23,331 nt of DNA from Octopus sinensis (GCF_006345805.1 NW_021836633.1:1-23331), one strand, 5' to 3'. Shown: positions 1 through 11,548, counted from the first letter of the stretch. Notes: generated by a model not told the origin, from the letters alone. Numbers and translations are program-made.

Positions 1-1298
1 ACCCAGTTCTTACAGCATTATGACTGGGTGTTGAGGCAGTTACTCAAAAATATACCTTGATTTTGCAAAAGCTTTTGACAAGGTGGATCATGGTATGATA
101 TGCCACAAACTGCGTGACCTTGGCATAGCTGGAAAACATGGTGAGTGGTTACATGACTTCCTGTAAGATAGGAGTCAGGCAGTAGTGGCTAATGGAGCCG
201 CCTCTAAGAACACACAAATAGTGAGCAGTGTTCCACAGGACACTGTCTTGGAACCACTGCTTTTTATAGTGGCCCTCTCAGATATGCCCTCAAATCCTCG
301 GATAGCCACTCTGGCAAGCTATGCAGATGATACGAAAGTCTCGCAGAAAATACAGAACCCCAGCGATGTTGCACACCTGCAGCAGGATTTGGACTCAATT
401 TACAGATGGGCTGAGGATAATAATATGCAGTTTAATGCTGAAAAATTCCAATCCCAGCTCTACCAGCATCCAAAACTGAATATGAAACGTACAGGGTACA
501 CCGGTCCATAGGGAATTTCAATCCCAGAGCGTAAGTCAGTGAAGGACCTGGGTATCGACATGAGTGATGATACCTCTTTCCAAGTACACATTACCAGGAT
601 GGCGACAAAGTGCAGACGAATGGCTGGATGGATCCCAAGAACATTCAGAACCAGAGATAAGGAAACCATGATGGTCCTCTGGCAGAGATTCGTCCTCAGC
701 CGCCCGGATTACTGCTTACAGCTATGGTCACCCACCAGTGTGAAATTAACAGCGGACCTTGAAGCAATCCAGAGAAGATTCACAAAGAAGATCGTCTCTT
801 TGCAATTTCTCAGCTACTGGGAAAGGTTGAAACAGCTAAGACTCTACTCCCTGGAGAGAAGACGGGAGAGGTATGCAGTAATATATATCTGGAAGATCCT
901 GGAAGGAATTGTGCCAAATTTTGGCATTGTAAGTTACACCAATGCTAGAACGGGACGACATTGCATAGTGCCAAAGATCCCAGCAATGCCGTCACGCTTC
1001 AGGACCAGCTACTGCAACAGCCTGGGTTTCAAGGACCCACAGCTTCTTAATATTCTCCCAAAGAGTCTGAGGAACTTGCACAAAGTAGATGTAGGTGTTT
1101 TTAAATCAAATCTGGGCCTCTTCCTGTCGAGAGTCCCAGATGAACCTACCTCACGGCAAGAGGTGCAAATGAGGGTAGCTATATCAAACTCCATTCTTCA
1201 CCAAGTGCCACATATTGGAGGAGGATCTCAGTAATAACAGTGTAGCAAAACGGTGGTGCGTCAGCATGGCCGCAGCCCTGAGCTGAAACTAGAGGGAA
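1..1298 (+). mobile_element. Non-LTR retrotransposon (CR1-group/L2-like LINE): 3' part of ORF2 reverse transcriptase plus 3' UTR, pseudogenised
   Basis: Frame 2 reads IYLDFAKAFDKVDH...VPQDTVLEPLLF...YADDTK...WAEDNNMQFNAEK...SYWERLKQLRLYSLERRRERY. In-frame stops at 164-166 (TAA) and 509-511 (TAG), and a frameshift near 50. The ORF ends at 1234, followed by a short structured 3' tail to ~1290. Confidence 0.92.
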
Positions 1299-1335
1299 AT
1301 ATATATATATATATATTTATATACATGTATAAATA

Positions 1336-1935
1336 AATGCTTCAAAACAGACTTTATCACCAAAGCCACCCAATTAATACTTGTAAAAAACACATTCACA
1401 TTTAGAACAAGACACATCAACAGATAAATGCATGGCTATGGGTACGAAATTCACATCTTCATATGCCACCCTTTTTATAGATTTCCTCGAGAACAAACTA
1501 TACGAGAAAATAGGGAAAATCTTCTAACACAGCTTCAGAGAAGACAAAAAAATGTGGAAACGTTACCTCGATGACTGTTTCATCTTTTGGAACAGATCAG
1601 AAGATCTAGGAACTTTCCACAACATCCCCAACGTACTGTACCCATCCATCAACTTTACGACAGAAACCAGCTATAACGAACTTTCCTTCCTAGACATCAA
1701 CATCAAGATACACAACTGCATCGTCACAACAGATTTCTACTACAAAAAAAAAAAAACGGCACACACCAATATCTAAATTTCTACTCCTGCCACCCATCCC
1801 ACATCAAAAGAAACATTCCATATAGTATGACAAGACGCATATGCAGTATAGTGGCCAATTTACAAACACGTCAAACAAGACTAAATGAGCATAAAAACTT
1901 CCTACTCAAGTTACGAAATACCCACTCAAAGAACG
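1336..1935 (+). mobile_element. Penelope-like element RT fragment (palm/thumb, Poseidon-like), decayed
   Basis: Translates across frameshifts as FKTDFITKATQLILVKNTFTF...MAMGTKFTSSYATLF...WKRYLDDCFIFW...YPSINFTTE...LSFLDINI...TDFYYK...YLNFYSCHPSHIKRNIPYS, which are typical PLE RT motifs. Confidence 0.88.
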
Positions 1936-1936
1936 A

Positions 1937-2393
1937 GCTCCCTCATCGATGATAACTCGCCGGTTCACCATTACCACCGCTCGAGCTTGCTGAATTTTCT
2001 CGTCAGTGGTGTAGAGTGTCGGGCGTCCTGTTCCCTCTTCGTGCGTCACCCTTGTCCGGCCACTTTTAAACCTCGCCATCCAATCTTACACACTTCTACG
2101 CGGTAGTGCACTGTTCCCGTATTGTGCTAAAAGCTTCCGATGGATTTCCCCACCTGACACACCTTCCAGAGAAATCGGATAGTCGCTCTTTGTTCCTCTT
2201 TGGTGCACCTTGCTAGTAGAGCGGCCATGCTTACACTGTAAAGCCAGAAAGAAAAAATGGCGCAATCAGGCTCAAACTTCGATCACGTGACCACAATAGT
2301 ACCAACTATAAGCACGCATGCGCAGAAGGCCGTGTGACAATAATAAAGATATGTTATGGCGAAAGTGCGCATAATTTTTGACTTACCCTCGTA
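1937..2393 (-). mobile_element. Mariner DNA transposon, 5' end (TIR plus transposase N-terminal HTH), truncated
   Basis: The minus strand begins TA-CGAGGGTAAGTCAAAAATTAT, a mariner-type TIR at a TA site. ATG at 2228 gives MAALLARCTKEEQRATIRFL/EGVSGGEIHRKLLAQYGNSALPRRSV*DWMARFKSGRTRVTHEEGTGRP, with a frameshift and a stop. Confidence 0.9.
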
Positions 2394-2505
2394 TATATAT
2401 GTGTGTGTGTGTGTATGTGTGTGTGCGTACGCGTGCACCTGTGTGCGTGCGTGTATGTGTGTCTGTGCGTGTCTGTATGTATATGTGCGTGCATGTGTAT
2501 ATCTA
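2394..2505. repeat. (TG)/(CG)/(TA) microsatellite
   Basis: Imperfect dinucleotide run seen directly. Confidence 0.9.
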
Positions 2506-2817
2506 TGTAAACAGTACAATTAAATATAAACCGACAGTTGCAAATATAGCAGGAAACCATGAAAATTCGGAAGATGAAAGTTTATTGTGACTCTGCGACT
2601 TGATCCTCTGCAACTGCTTGGTGTCGACCACTGCAGGTTCAACTATTATTTCTACGAATCAAACGTCGCTGTTTAGGCATTTGCTTTCGTCTGAGCACTT
2701 ATTGAATTTTTCTATTATATCATGTGTTGTACGTCCTTCAACCCTTTCTTACCGAAACACACACACACACACACAAACAAGTTTTGGAATTGCTCGAAGC
2801 AAATAAAGCTTTAGATA

Positions 2818-3031
2818 TATTTCTTTACTACCCATAAGGGGCTAAACACAGACGGACATAAAAACGGATTAAGTCGATTACATCGACCCCAGTGCGTAAC
2901 TGGTACTTAATTTTTCGACCCCGAAAGGATGAAAGGCAAAGTCGACCTCGGCGGAATTTGAACCCAGAACGTAACTGCAGACGAAATGCGGCTATGCATT
3001 TCGCCCGGCGTGCTAACGTTTCTGCCAGCTC
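2818..3031 (-). mobile_element. tRNA-derived SINE, family B, slightly 5'-truncated
   Basis: The reverse complement aligns end to end with 14985-15213 (gagctggcagaaacgttagcacg...ggttcaaattccgccgaggtcgactttgcctttcatcctttcggggtcga...gggtagtaaagaaata). B-box GTTCAAATTCC. Confidence 0.88.
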
Positions 3032-3659
3032 ATGTAAATGTTGGTTTAGAACCAAAGATTGCTCGTGGCAGACGAACCTATATCACCTGTAAACATGACA
3101 AATTTCTCCATCCGTTTTAGAAATTTTAGTCTTACGAGCGAAGATTGCATGTTGCTGACGTCATGAAAATGTTTATAAACCTTGAGAAACCGTGAAATAA
3201 TTCTTGTTTGGAGTGGTGTATCCTGAAGTAAATAAAGCTATAAATAATGTTTAAATATTGTCTTTAAAACCCCTTTGAATAAAAGACTGGGAGGCTGCCC
3301 GTGGGTCCTGACTTCTTTCTATCCAAAGGTTTTATCTTAATTCAATATTTAAACGCTGTTATTTTTATCTTTATTTGCTACGAGATCCACTATTCCAAAA
3401 TGGAATTATTTCACCTTCTGAAGTTTATAAAAATTCGTGTGAGGCCAACAATTAATACAGTATACACACATACATGAATATATATATATATGCATGTGTG
3501 TATGTATGTACGTATCCCGATCCATGCCAACACAGACCATCATCATCAATAGCCAATCAATTTCTCGTGACCATTCCTCATCAGCTTATTTAATGCCCTC
3601 CCTCATCATTACCGACATTTCGGTCACTCGCTGATAAAACATGGTGGAGTTATTAGCGT

Positions 3660-3698
3660 CATATTATTTTTATATATTTTTTATTTATTATTTATATA

Positions 3699-3746
<48 letters not shown>

Positions 3747-3800
3747 ATTATATATATATAATTTTTCTTTATATATTCTTTTATTTTGTTTAATGTTCCT
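3660..3800. repeat. (TA)n / AT-rich microsatellite
   Basis: Seen directly. Confidence 0.9.
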
Positions 3801-3829
3801 TTCTAAATGAATGATACGAAACATGTTAC

Positions 3830-4410
3830 TATTTTGTTGTTGATGTTGTTGTTACTGCAGTAATTCTGGGTGGGTAAAGTGGGGCAGTTGGGATTTTTAT
3901 GTGCCAAGTTATTTGGTGGCGCAGGGTCGGCGGTGTGGTTGGTTGGTTGGTTGGTTGGCTGAAATGATAAATGACTGCTTGCAGTTGTTGTTGTTGTTGA
4001 TTGGTCGTTCGTAGACGTAAGGCGGTCAGTCAGGGTGTGGGGTGGGGTGGGGTGGAGGTGTGTGGTGCTGGTGCTGGTGTTGGAAGTGCTGGTGATGTTA
4101 CTGATGCTGATATTAATATTGTCTGTTGCAGCAAACCATAAACCACTGCTATTAACAAGCATCGCCGTGGCGTTGATAATAGTAATTTTATTTTGCTTGC
4201 TGATGCAAGTGTCAGAGAGGTAGTGGTGGTGGTGGTGGTGGTGGTGGTGGTGGTGGTGGTGGGAGGAGGAAGAAAGATTGGAAGGTGGAGGAAGGAAGAG
4301 GAGGCGGGGGGGGGACATCATGTGGCTAAAGGTGGTGGTGGTGGTGGTGGAAGTGGTGGTAAGTAGGCCTGGGCCTGGTGATGGTGTGTTGTTTGTCATG
4401 GAAGTAGTTC

Positions 4411-4461
<51 letters not shown>

Positions 4462-4930
4462 TATCATGTGTATACAGATGCATGTACATGCATACATATA
4501 TATACATATATGTATATATATATCTATATATATAGCTGTGTACATGTGCGCACGCATGCGCGCAAACACACACACACACACACCTATATATATTGAGGGA
4601 GAGAGAGAAGGGAAAAAACAGGAAGAGCAAAGAAGGAAAGAGGGAAAGTAGGGGGGAAAAGAAAAGAAGGAAAGAAAAGGGTGGGTGAGTGGATGGCAAA
4701 GGTATAGAAGGTCGCGAGGAGGGGAGGGGAGCCAGGAATGGCAAATGATGGGTTTGGAGAGACAGGGGGAGAGAAAAGAGGAAAAAGAAAAAAGAAAAAA
4801 CAAGAAGTGTGTATAAAAATTTGGAGAAGACGATGATGAAGAAGCGGAGGTGGAGGAGTATGAAAGGTTGTCAGAGGTAAAAAGACGAAGATGAAAGAAA
4901 ATTAAAAGAAAGGAAATGAAGAGGATAGAA

Positions 4931-4965
<35 letters not shown>

Positions 4966-5160
4966 CACGGTGTTGGTGGTGGTGGTGGTGAGTGCGATGG
5001 TGATGAGGGCGATGGCGGTGGCGGTCATAATGGCTGTGGTGATGGTAGTAGTAGTTGTAGTAGTGGTTTTGATGACAATGATGGCGGTGGTTGGCAGTGA
5101 TGGTGGTAGTGACAGAATTAAGTTAGAGATGTCGGTGGTGTGTTGGTGGCTATTGGTGTA
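3830..5160. repeat. Low-complexity block: (GTT), (GGTT), (GGT)n, (TA)n, GA-rich, (GAT)n
   Basis: Perfect (GGT)n at ~4223-4260 and (GAT)n at ~4931-4965, purine-rich tract at 4595-4930. This explains the poly-H/T/M/V ORFs. Confidence 0.85.
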
Positions 5161-5386
5161 AAATCATTTGTAGCGGCGGACGATGAAGAAGACATGACTG
5201 GCAAGTGAAAAAGTTTTCTATACGACTACGAAGTTCCGAGATCGATCACACAGCATTAACATCTTATGCAACCAACGCTGGGTTAACCATTAAGCAAAAT
5301 AAGCTCGTGATTAGAGCATCAAGAGAAGTTGTAAATGGTTTACGGCACAAAAGAAATTACTTTAAATTTACTATTATAATATTCGG

Positions 5387-5678
5387 GATATCTTATCTCT
5401 GTTAAGTATAGAAGCAGATGTGTTACGTAAAATTAACTTTCAGGATCTGATCAAAGACTTTGCAATTAAAAAAAAGTAGAGAAAACTTTTCAAATATAAA
5501 TTAAATGGAAATATACAAAAGAAAAACAAAACAAAAGCATTATCTATCTTTTGTTTAGTTTTTGTTTCATTTTATGGTTTGTCATTGTATATATTTTGAA
5601 TAATATATATACGGGGGAAGGGGGAGGCCCGAAATCTTTTCAGTGCTTCAAGCCGTTTTGGATCTTAATCCGGTCCTG
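5387..5678 (+). mobile_element. hAT (Tip100-like) transposon, 3' end
   Basis: Reads DILSLLSIEADVLRKINFQDLIKDFAIKK, like the end of a hAT C-terminal dimerisation domain. It terminates in TTAATCCGGTCCTG (reverse complement CAGGACCGGATTAA), resembling CAGGGCCGGATTAA-type TIRs. Confidence 0.7.
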
Positions 5679-5719
5679 ATCTTATATAAGCACATTTATC
5701 TTAGCCTCGAATGCATCGA

Positions 5720-5773
5720 TCCAAAAGGCTTATGAGTGATTTTCTGTGGATGGAAACTGACAGAAGCTCGTCG
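5720..5773 (+). mobile_element. Old internal fragment of SINE family A
   Basis: ccaaaaggcttatgagtgattttctgtggatggaaactgacagaagctcgtcg resembles 11865-11914 (ccaaagccttgtaagtggatttggtaggcggaaactgaaagaagcccgtcg). Confidence 0.55.
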
Positions 5774-5965
5774 GATGAATTCTACTCGAAATTCACAGGA
5801 ATTATCTTGCCATACTGTCACACGGTGTTTCTACCTAAGAAGTACATTAAGGGTATTTCATATCTGTGGAATACCAAGCCACTTTGTACGCTAACTCACT
5901 CTGTAGGTCGTCCAGTTAATGGAACAATCGATGCCAGAGTCCGTCATCTGTCTTTAATCATTGTG

Positions 5966-6142
5966 CTTGTTTCAGTTATTAGACTGCAGCCATACTGGGG
6001 CACCGCTTTGAAGAAGCTTCGTCGAACGAATCGACCTTAGTATTTATTTTTAAGTGTGTTATTATGCTGATCTTTTTTGTCGAACCACTAGTTGATAAGG
6101 GTGTAAACAAACAATGGTTGTAAAGCGATCATGGAGGACAAA
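5966..6142 (-). mobile_element. Old diverged 3' half of a SINE family A relative
   Basis: cttgtttcagttattagactgcagccatactggggcaccgc...gtcgaacgaatcgacc...ttttgtcgaaccactag...gtaaacaaac is collinear with 7806-7985. Confidence 0.7.
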
Positions 6143-6249
6143 TGTAAAAAAAAACATTCACATATACATGTGTTTAGAATTTAATGATAAAAGATTAGAC
6201 AATTTTTACAATAATAAAAATAGTAATCCTATTACAGAGAATGATTTAG

Positions 6250-6660
6250 CCAGAAATTGTGATTGTTGATATAAGGATAAATGCTATTTTAGTAAATTTT
6301 GTTTGCAAAATAACATTGTATATAGATGTAGGGTTGAATCGGACGAAAACTATTTTTACAAAGGATCAACGGAAACTTTTATTAATAAACGAATCGCAAA
6401 ACATGAGTATACCTTTATGACTAGGGATAGGTTTAACAGTACTAGCCGGAGTAAACAAATTTGGAAATTGAAGGATAGTAAGAAATTATATACCATAAAT
6501 TGGAAAATACTCAGTCATGCTTGATCGTACAAAATTAATCATGCTAGTTGCAACCTATGTATAGATGAATTAAATCAGATATTAACATCTACGAAGAAAT
6601 TACTTAATGAAAGACGTGAGAGTGTTTTATCTTGTATACACTATTCTAAATGTACTTAGA
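6250..6660 (+). mobile_element. Penelope-like element GIY-YIG endonuclease domain (Neptune-like), decayed
   Basis: Reads NCDC*YKDKCYFSKFCLQNNIVYRCRV...YKGSTE...KRIAKH...QIWKLKD...INWKILSHA*SY...CNLCIDE...LLNERRE...CIH. This is a Cys-rich linker, VY...Y-G motifs and a C-terminal CxxC/LN motif. Confidence 0.85.
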
Positions 6661-6689
6661 AAAGTTTAGTGTGTATACGTTTGTACTCC

Positions 6690-7305
6690 TATGTAGCTAT
6701 ATTATATATATATATATATAGATATATATATATCTATAATATATATAATGTATATGTTTTGTGTGTGTGTGTGTGTGTTGTGTGTGTGTGTTGTGTGTGT
6801 GGTGTGTCGGTGTGTATGTATGTGGTATAGTATACATGGGTATATCTTGTTTGTATATCTGATGCTATATATGTCGTTATGCTTAGTATATGTTTGTGTA
6901 TATAATATTATATAATATATATATATATATATATATAATTTATTGATAATGCGTGTATGTATATATATATGTATAAGTATGTATGTCTATGTATAAGTAT
7001 GTATATGCATCTATGTGTATAACTATGTATACATATGTATTCATATAGGTATGTATATGTGTAAATGTATATATATATATATATATATGCATGTTTGTAT
7101 GTTTGTATATCTATGTGTATATATATATCTTTATACATGTGTGTATATGTATATGCTCATGTTTATATATGTCTGTGTATAGATCTGTATATATGGAATA
7201 ATATGTATGTATGCATATGCATTTATATATATTGATATTTGTATATTATGTATGTGTATATTTATGGATCTATATACGTAGATCAATATATGTATATATG
7301 GGTTT
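6690..7305. repeat. (TA)/(TG)/(TATG) microsatellite field
   Basis: Seen directly. Confidence 0.9.
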
Positions 7306-7317
7306 ATACTTCTATAT

Positions 7318-8007
7318 CGGTGGCTCTCAAAAGGTGCGCCCCAGATGTCTAGGTGAGCTTTGAGATTTTCCAAAGCCGTGCATTCAGATATAAAGAAGTA
7401 AATACATAGCTACTTTCTTATATTATACAATTGCCTTACGGATAGACCGGTATTTCTGTCAACACAAAATTATAACGATAGTACTCTACTTTGCAACGAA
7501 CAGCTAGCTTCAGGCCTGGAAGCAGGTTCGATACGCGTTGTGAACGAGATTTGAACGTCTCTGCAACAGCCAAGCGTGTGGCAGTGTGACACTGAACAAT
7601 ATAACTGGATGAGAAACCCATTCGTGGAAACTTCCAAAGATTTCCAAAGAATTAACATTAATAGAAGAAGCGGAACTCGCTGCTATATCTACTGACCGTG
7701 GATTAAATGGCGAAACACAAAGGATTATCATTTGAAGCTTTCTGGATTTCTGCAAAAGATGAAAATACTCTTTTACTCTTTTACTCTTTTACTCTTTTAC
7801 CCTTTACTTGTTTCAGTCATTGACTGCGGCCATGCTGGAGCACCGCCTTTAGTCGAGCAAATCGACCCCGGGACTTATTCTTTGTAAGCTTAGTACTTAT
7901 TATATCGGTCTCTTTTGCCGAACCGCTAAGTGACGGGGACGTAAACACACCAGCATCAGTTGTCAAGCAATGCCAGGGGTACAAACACAGACACACAAAC
8001 ACACACA

Positions 8008-8086
<79 letters not shown>

Positions 8087-8520
8087 CGACAGATTTCTCT
8101 CAGTTTCCGTCTACCAATTCCACTCACAAGGCATTGGTCGGCCCAGGCTATAGCAGAAGACACTTGCCCAAGATGCCACGTTTCGATTTCTAATAAAGCT
8201 CTTACAATTTTGCTGCAATTTTCAATTTCATATCTATGTGAATTGGGATTTTCCATTCTTTCTGGTATCAAGGACAAATAAACGAGGAACACTTACATGC
8301 ATTGATGAAGAAATGCGAGTTTGTCTTTCAAACATGCGACAAAACATTGAAGAAATTACCAAGACACATCGAGCTAATGCTTCCCATAGACTCAAGAAAG
8401 AAGAATCTTAAGATATGAGTTATTTTCTGTTATGTAGCTTAGAAATTTGTATATGGTGCGCCCATAATTATTTGTAGGGGTTCAAGTGCGCTTTGACCTC
8501 AAACAAGTTCAAGACAACTG
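7318..8520 (+). mobile_element. hAT Buster/Charlie-type internally deleted transposon with both ends, interrupted by a SINE
   Basis: Ends CGGTGGCTCTCAA ... TTCAAGACAACTG (degenerate CAGTGGTTCTCAA-type TIRs). 8-bp TSD ttctatat (7310-7317) / ttctataa (8521-8528) with central TA. Peptide relics YNWMRNPF, EEAELAAISTDRGL, ISNKALTILLQFSISYLCELGFSILSGIKDK and IDEEMRVCLSNMRQNIEEITKTHRANASH*. Confidence 0.9.
7766..8180 (-). mobile_element. CORE-like SINE family A, 5'-truncated, with internal (TA)n/(CA)n and (AAAAGAGT)n tail
   Basis: The reverse complement aligns with 11820-12164. The tail appears as tandem tactcttt at 7766-7806. It is inserted within the hAT coding relic. Confidence 0.92.
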
Positions 8521-8529
8521 TTCTATAAT

Positions 8530-8851
8530 ATATTTGTTTTGTATGTATATGTCTGTGTATCTATGGATATATATGTAAAAATCTGTGTATATGTATATGC
8601 ACATATGTGCATACATATGTATTTGTGTGTGTGTGTGTGTGTGTGATTATATGTCTATGTTTGTTTATGTATATGTGTATGGATATGCATATATGTATAT
8701 AAAAAAGGAGGGGTATATATTGCGTGTATGTATACATATATGAGTGTATATATATGTACATATATCTAGTATGCGTATATGTGTATGTGCATGTATGTAA
8801 GTGCAAATGTATGCATGTGCATGTGTGTATGTATGTCTGTGCTTTTCAATT

Positions 8852-8919
<68 letters not shown>

Positions 8920-9011
8920 GCGTATATATCTATATGTAAAACTGTGTCTCTATATATATGTAGTTGTGTGGTATGTGTATATATGCGTATATGTATGTGA
9001 ATGTATATATT

Positions 9012-9048
<37 letters not shown>

Positions 9049-9055
9049 ATGTAAG
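8530..9055. repeat. (TA)/(TG) microsatellite field
   Basis: Seen directly. Confidence 0.9.
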
Positions 9056-9276
9056 TTTTGTCATCTTAATCTATATAATTATGTAGAATTTGAAAAATTA
9101 CTTTTTTAGTAGATTAATTCAGAATATTTTGAAGTTTTCTAGTACAAATACTTGTATTTACAGTAAAGTACATTATATTACTAATTTAATATTGATTACA
9201 AATTACTAATAAGATATCTTCATTATACTAAATGATTATATTTATAAGTACATTAATTTAATTTATTAATTAATCG

Positions 9277-9277
<1 letters not shown>

Positions 9278-9327
<50 letters not shown>

Positions 9328-9345
9328 TAATAATAATAATAATAA
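9278..9345. repeat. (TAA)n, left flank of the R4/Dong element
   Basis: Near-perfect TAA run. Confidence 0.95.
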
Positions 9346-9942
9346 TGTGCGCCACTAGTCCAGAAAGAATATAAGAGACGCCATGACAATATAGCCAGGG
9401 TTGTCCATTGGACACTTTGCAACAAGTATGGACTTGACAGAACAAAAAAATGGTACGACCACAAACCCGAAGGCATCCTCGAAAATGATAATGCAGAGAT
9501 CCTATGGAATTTTATGTTTCAGTGCGACCATGAGATAGAGAATAGGAAGTCGGACAGAAAGCAAACTATGCTGGATCAAAGATATAGATATACCCATAGA
9601 TATAGCATACCCAGCTGCCAACAAGGTATGCAATAAGGAAGAAAGAAAAGTCGATAGGTATGACAGGTTAGCTTGGGAGGATAAGCAGTTGTGGTCGATG
9701 GAAGAGGTGGTTGTAGTACCAATAATTGTCGGAGTCCTGGGAACAGTGATTAAAAATCTTGAGAAGTACATGAAACAAATAGGGGTTGCAATAAAGGTGG
9801 AACACTTGCAGAAAACAGCTCTGCTTGGAACCGCTCGAATACTCCGGAAGGTGCTCGAAAAATAAGAGGTGTTACTTTAGTTCCCTGGCAGTGAACAGTT
9901 GTTACCGTAGTACATATCCAGCGTTAGAAGCTGTGCAAAGTC
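9346..9942 (+). mobile_element. R4/Dong-clade non-LTR retrotransposon, 5'-truncated: restriction-like endonuclease domain plus 3' UTR
   Basis: Reads CAPLVQKEYKRRHDNIARVVHWTLC...ILWNF...DHEIENRKSD/...IDIAYP...KEERKVDRYDRLA...VVPIIVGVLG...LQKTALLGTARILRKVLEK* (stop 9863-9865). RHD and PD-(D/E)xK-type motifs are present, with PD mutated to SD and a frameshift. Flanked by (TAA)n on both sides. Confidence 0.92.
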
Positions 9943-9948
9943 AATAAA

Positions 9949-10019
<71 letters not shown>

Positions 10020-10036
10020 TGATGATGATGATAATG

Positions 10037-10107
<71 letters not shown>

Positions 10108-10140
10108 AATAATGATAATGATAATAATAAATAAATAATT
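9943..10140. repeat. (TAA)n/(TGA)n, right flank of the R4/Dong element
   Basis: Long TAA run with a GAT interruption. Confidence 0.95.
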
Positions 10141-10305
10141 TTATTTGACTTACTAACCAAACTTAATAACCACAATAATAATTCTTATAGTATTGTATAA
10201 TTTATAGCTTGCATTCTTATTGCAACTATCAAATTTCGTTACTTCTGAAAGAATTAATAAAATTCGGATTTATACTATTTGTAGCCCTTTATCTAAAAAA
10301 TAGTA

Positions 10306-10570
10306 TTACTCTTTTACTCTTTTACTCTTTTACTTATTTCAGTCATTTGATTGCGGCCATACTGGAGCACCGCCTCTAATCGAGCAACGCGACCCCGGGA
10401 CTTATTCTTTTGTAAGCCCAGTACTTATTCTATCGGTCTGTTTTGCCGAACCGCTAAGTAACGGAGACATAAACACACAGCATTGGTTGTCAAGCAATGC
10501 TAGGGGGCCAAACACAGACACACAAACACACACACGCATATATATTATATATATATATATAATATATATA

Positions 10571-10612
<42 letters not shown>

Positions 10613-10716
10613 TACGACGGGCTTCTTCAGTTCCGTCTACCAAATCCACTCACAAGGCTTTGTCGGCCCGAGGCTATAGTAGAAGACACTTGCCCAAGCT
10701 GCCACGCAGTGGGATT
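10306..10716 (-). mobile_element. CORE-like SINE family A, 5'-truncated in the tRNA head
   Basis: Collinear with 7766-8180 and with the reverse complement of 11810-12164. Has a (tactcttt)n tail and internal (TA)n. Confidence 0.92.
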
Positions 10717-10719
10717 GGT

Positions 10720-11482
10720 TATATTTAGGAGCGTGAGCGTTAACTTTTCAACTACATAACAATTATATATTTTTTAAAAATGATAACGGGCAAAATAATT
10801 AAGTAAATAGAATCTACAACTATCGAAATATTTTTCTATATATCTCAAGTATTGGTTATATTTATCGTGGATCAGTGCTCAATCTTTATGTTGATCTTAC
10901 TTTAATTTATTTACAGAGCTCTCCCTTCCATAATATACGTATATAAGAACATTAATTTGTTAGTTACTGTGAATAATCCTCATTTAAGTCACTTCAAACT
11001 TAGTAATATTTTTCATATCCATTATTATAGCTTAACTCTATATCTATGGGTTAATATAGGTTGTAGTTATTATAACCCTAAGTTTTTGTTCATATTTTTT
11101 TCGACATTCTCTCTCGGATAAATTACGTAAATAAACAGTATTCATATTATATTCATATCAATAACTTTAAATAAGGAAGAGTTGTTATTTCCCAATATAA
11201 TACTATATTATTATTTATAGTTATTACACGTTTTATTACCGTCTCTTGATTAAGTATGACCCTGATACTTAATTCATTTATATACTTATATATTGTTGTT
11301 GTATCGTATTAAAATAGCCAAAGATTGATTTCAGCCTAAACGAATTTGGATTAATATTATTTGAGATATATAGAAAAATATTTCGATAGTTGTAGATTCT
11401 ATTTACTTAATTATTTTGCCCGTTATCATTTAAAAATATATATAATTGTTATGTAGTTGAAAAGTTACCGCTCCTAAATATA
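10720..11482. repeat. Long inverted repeat (arms 10720-10848 and 11361-11482) with ~510 bp AT-rich spacer; MITE/foldback-like
   Basis: tatatttaggagcg...taacttttcaactacataacaattatata...aatgataacgggcaaaataattaagtaaatagaatctacaactatcgaaatatttttctatatatctcaa is the reverse complement of the right arm, apart from small indels. Confidence 0.9.
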
Positions 11483-11548
11483 GGTATATGAAATTAATTT
11501 TTTTTGCAGTCTAGCCGTCCTGTCACATGGAATTTCTTCTGTCTTTTG

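Noticed and set aside
3555-3584. Minus-strand CTGATGA...GAAA
   Set aside because: The intervening ggaatggtcacga cannot form stem II.
3803-5161. ORFs of 198 and 210 aa with poly-His/Thr/Ile tracts
   Set aside because: These are translations of trinucleotide and dinucleotide repeats, with no domain or splice evidence.
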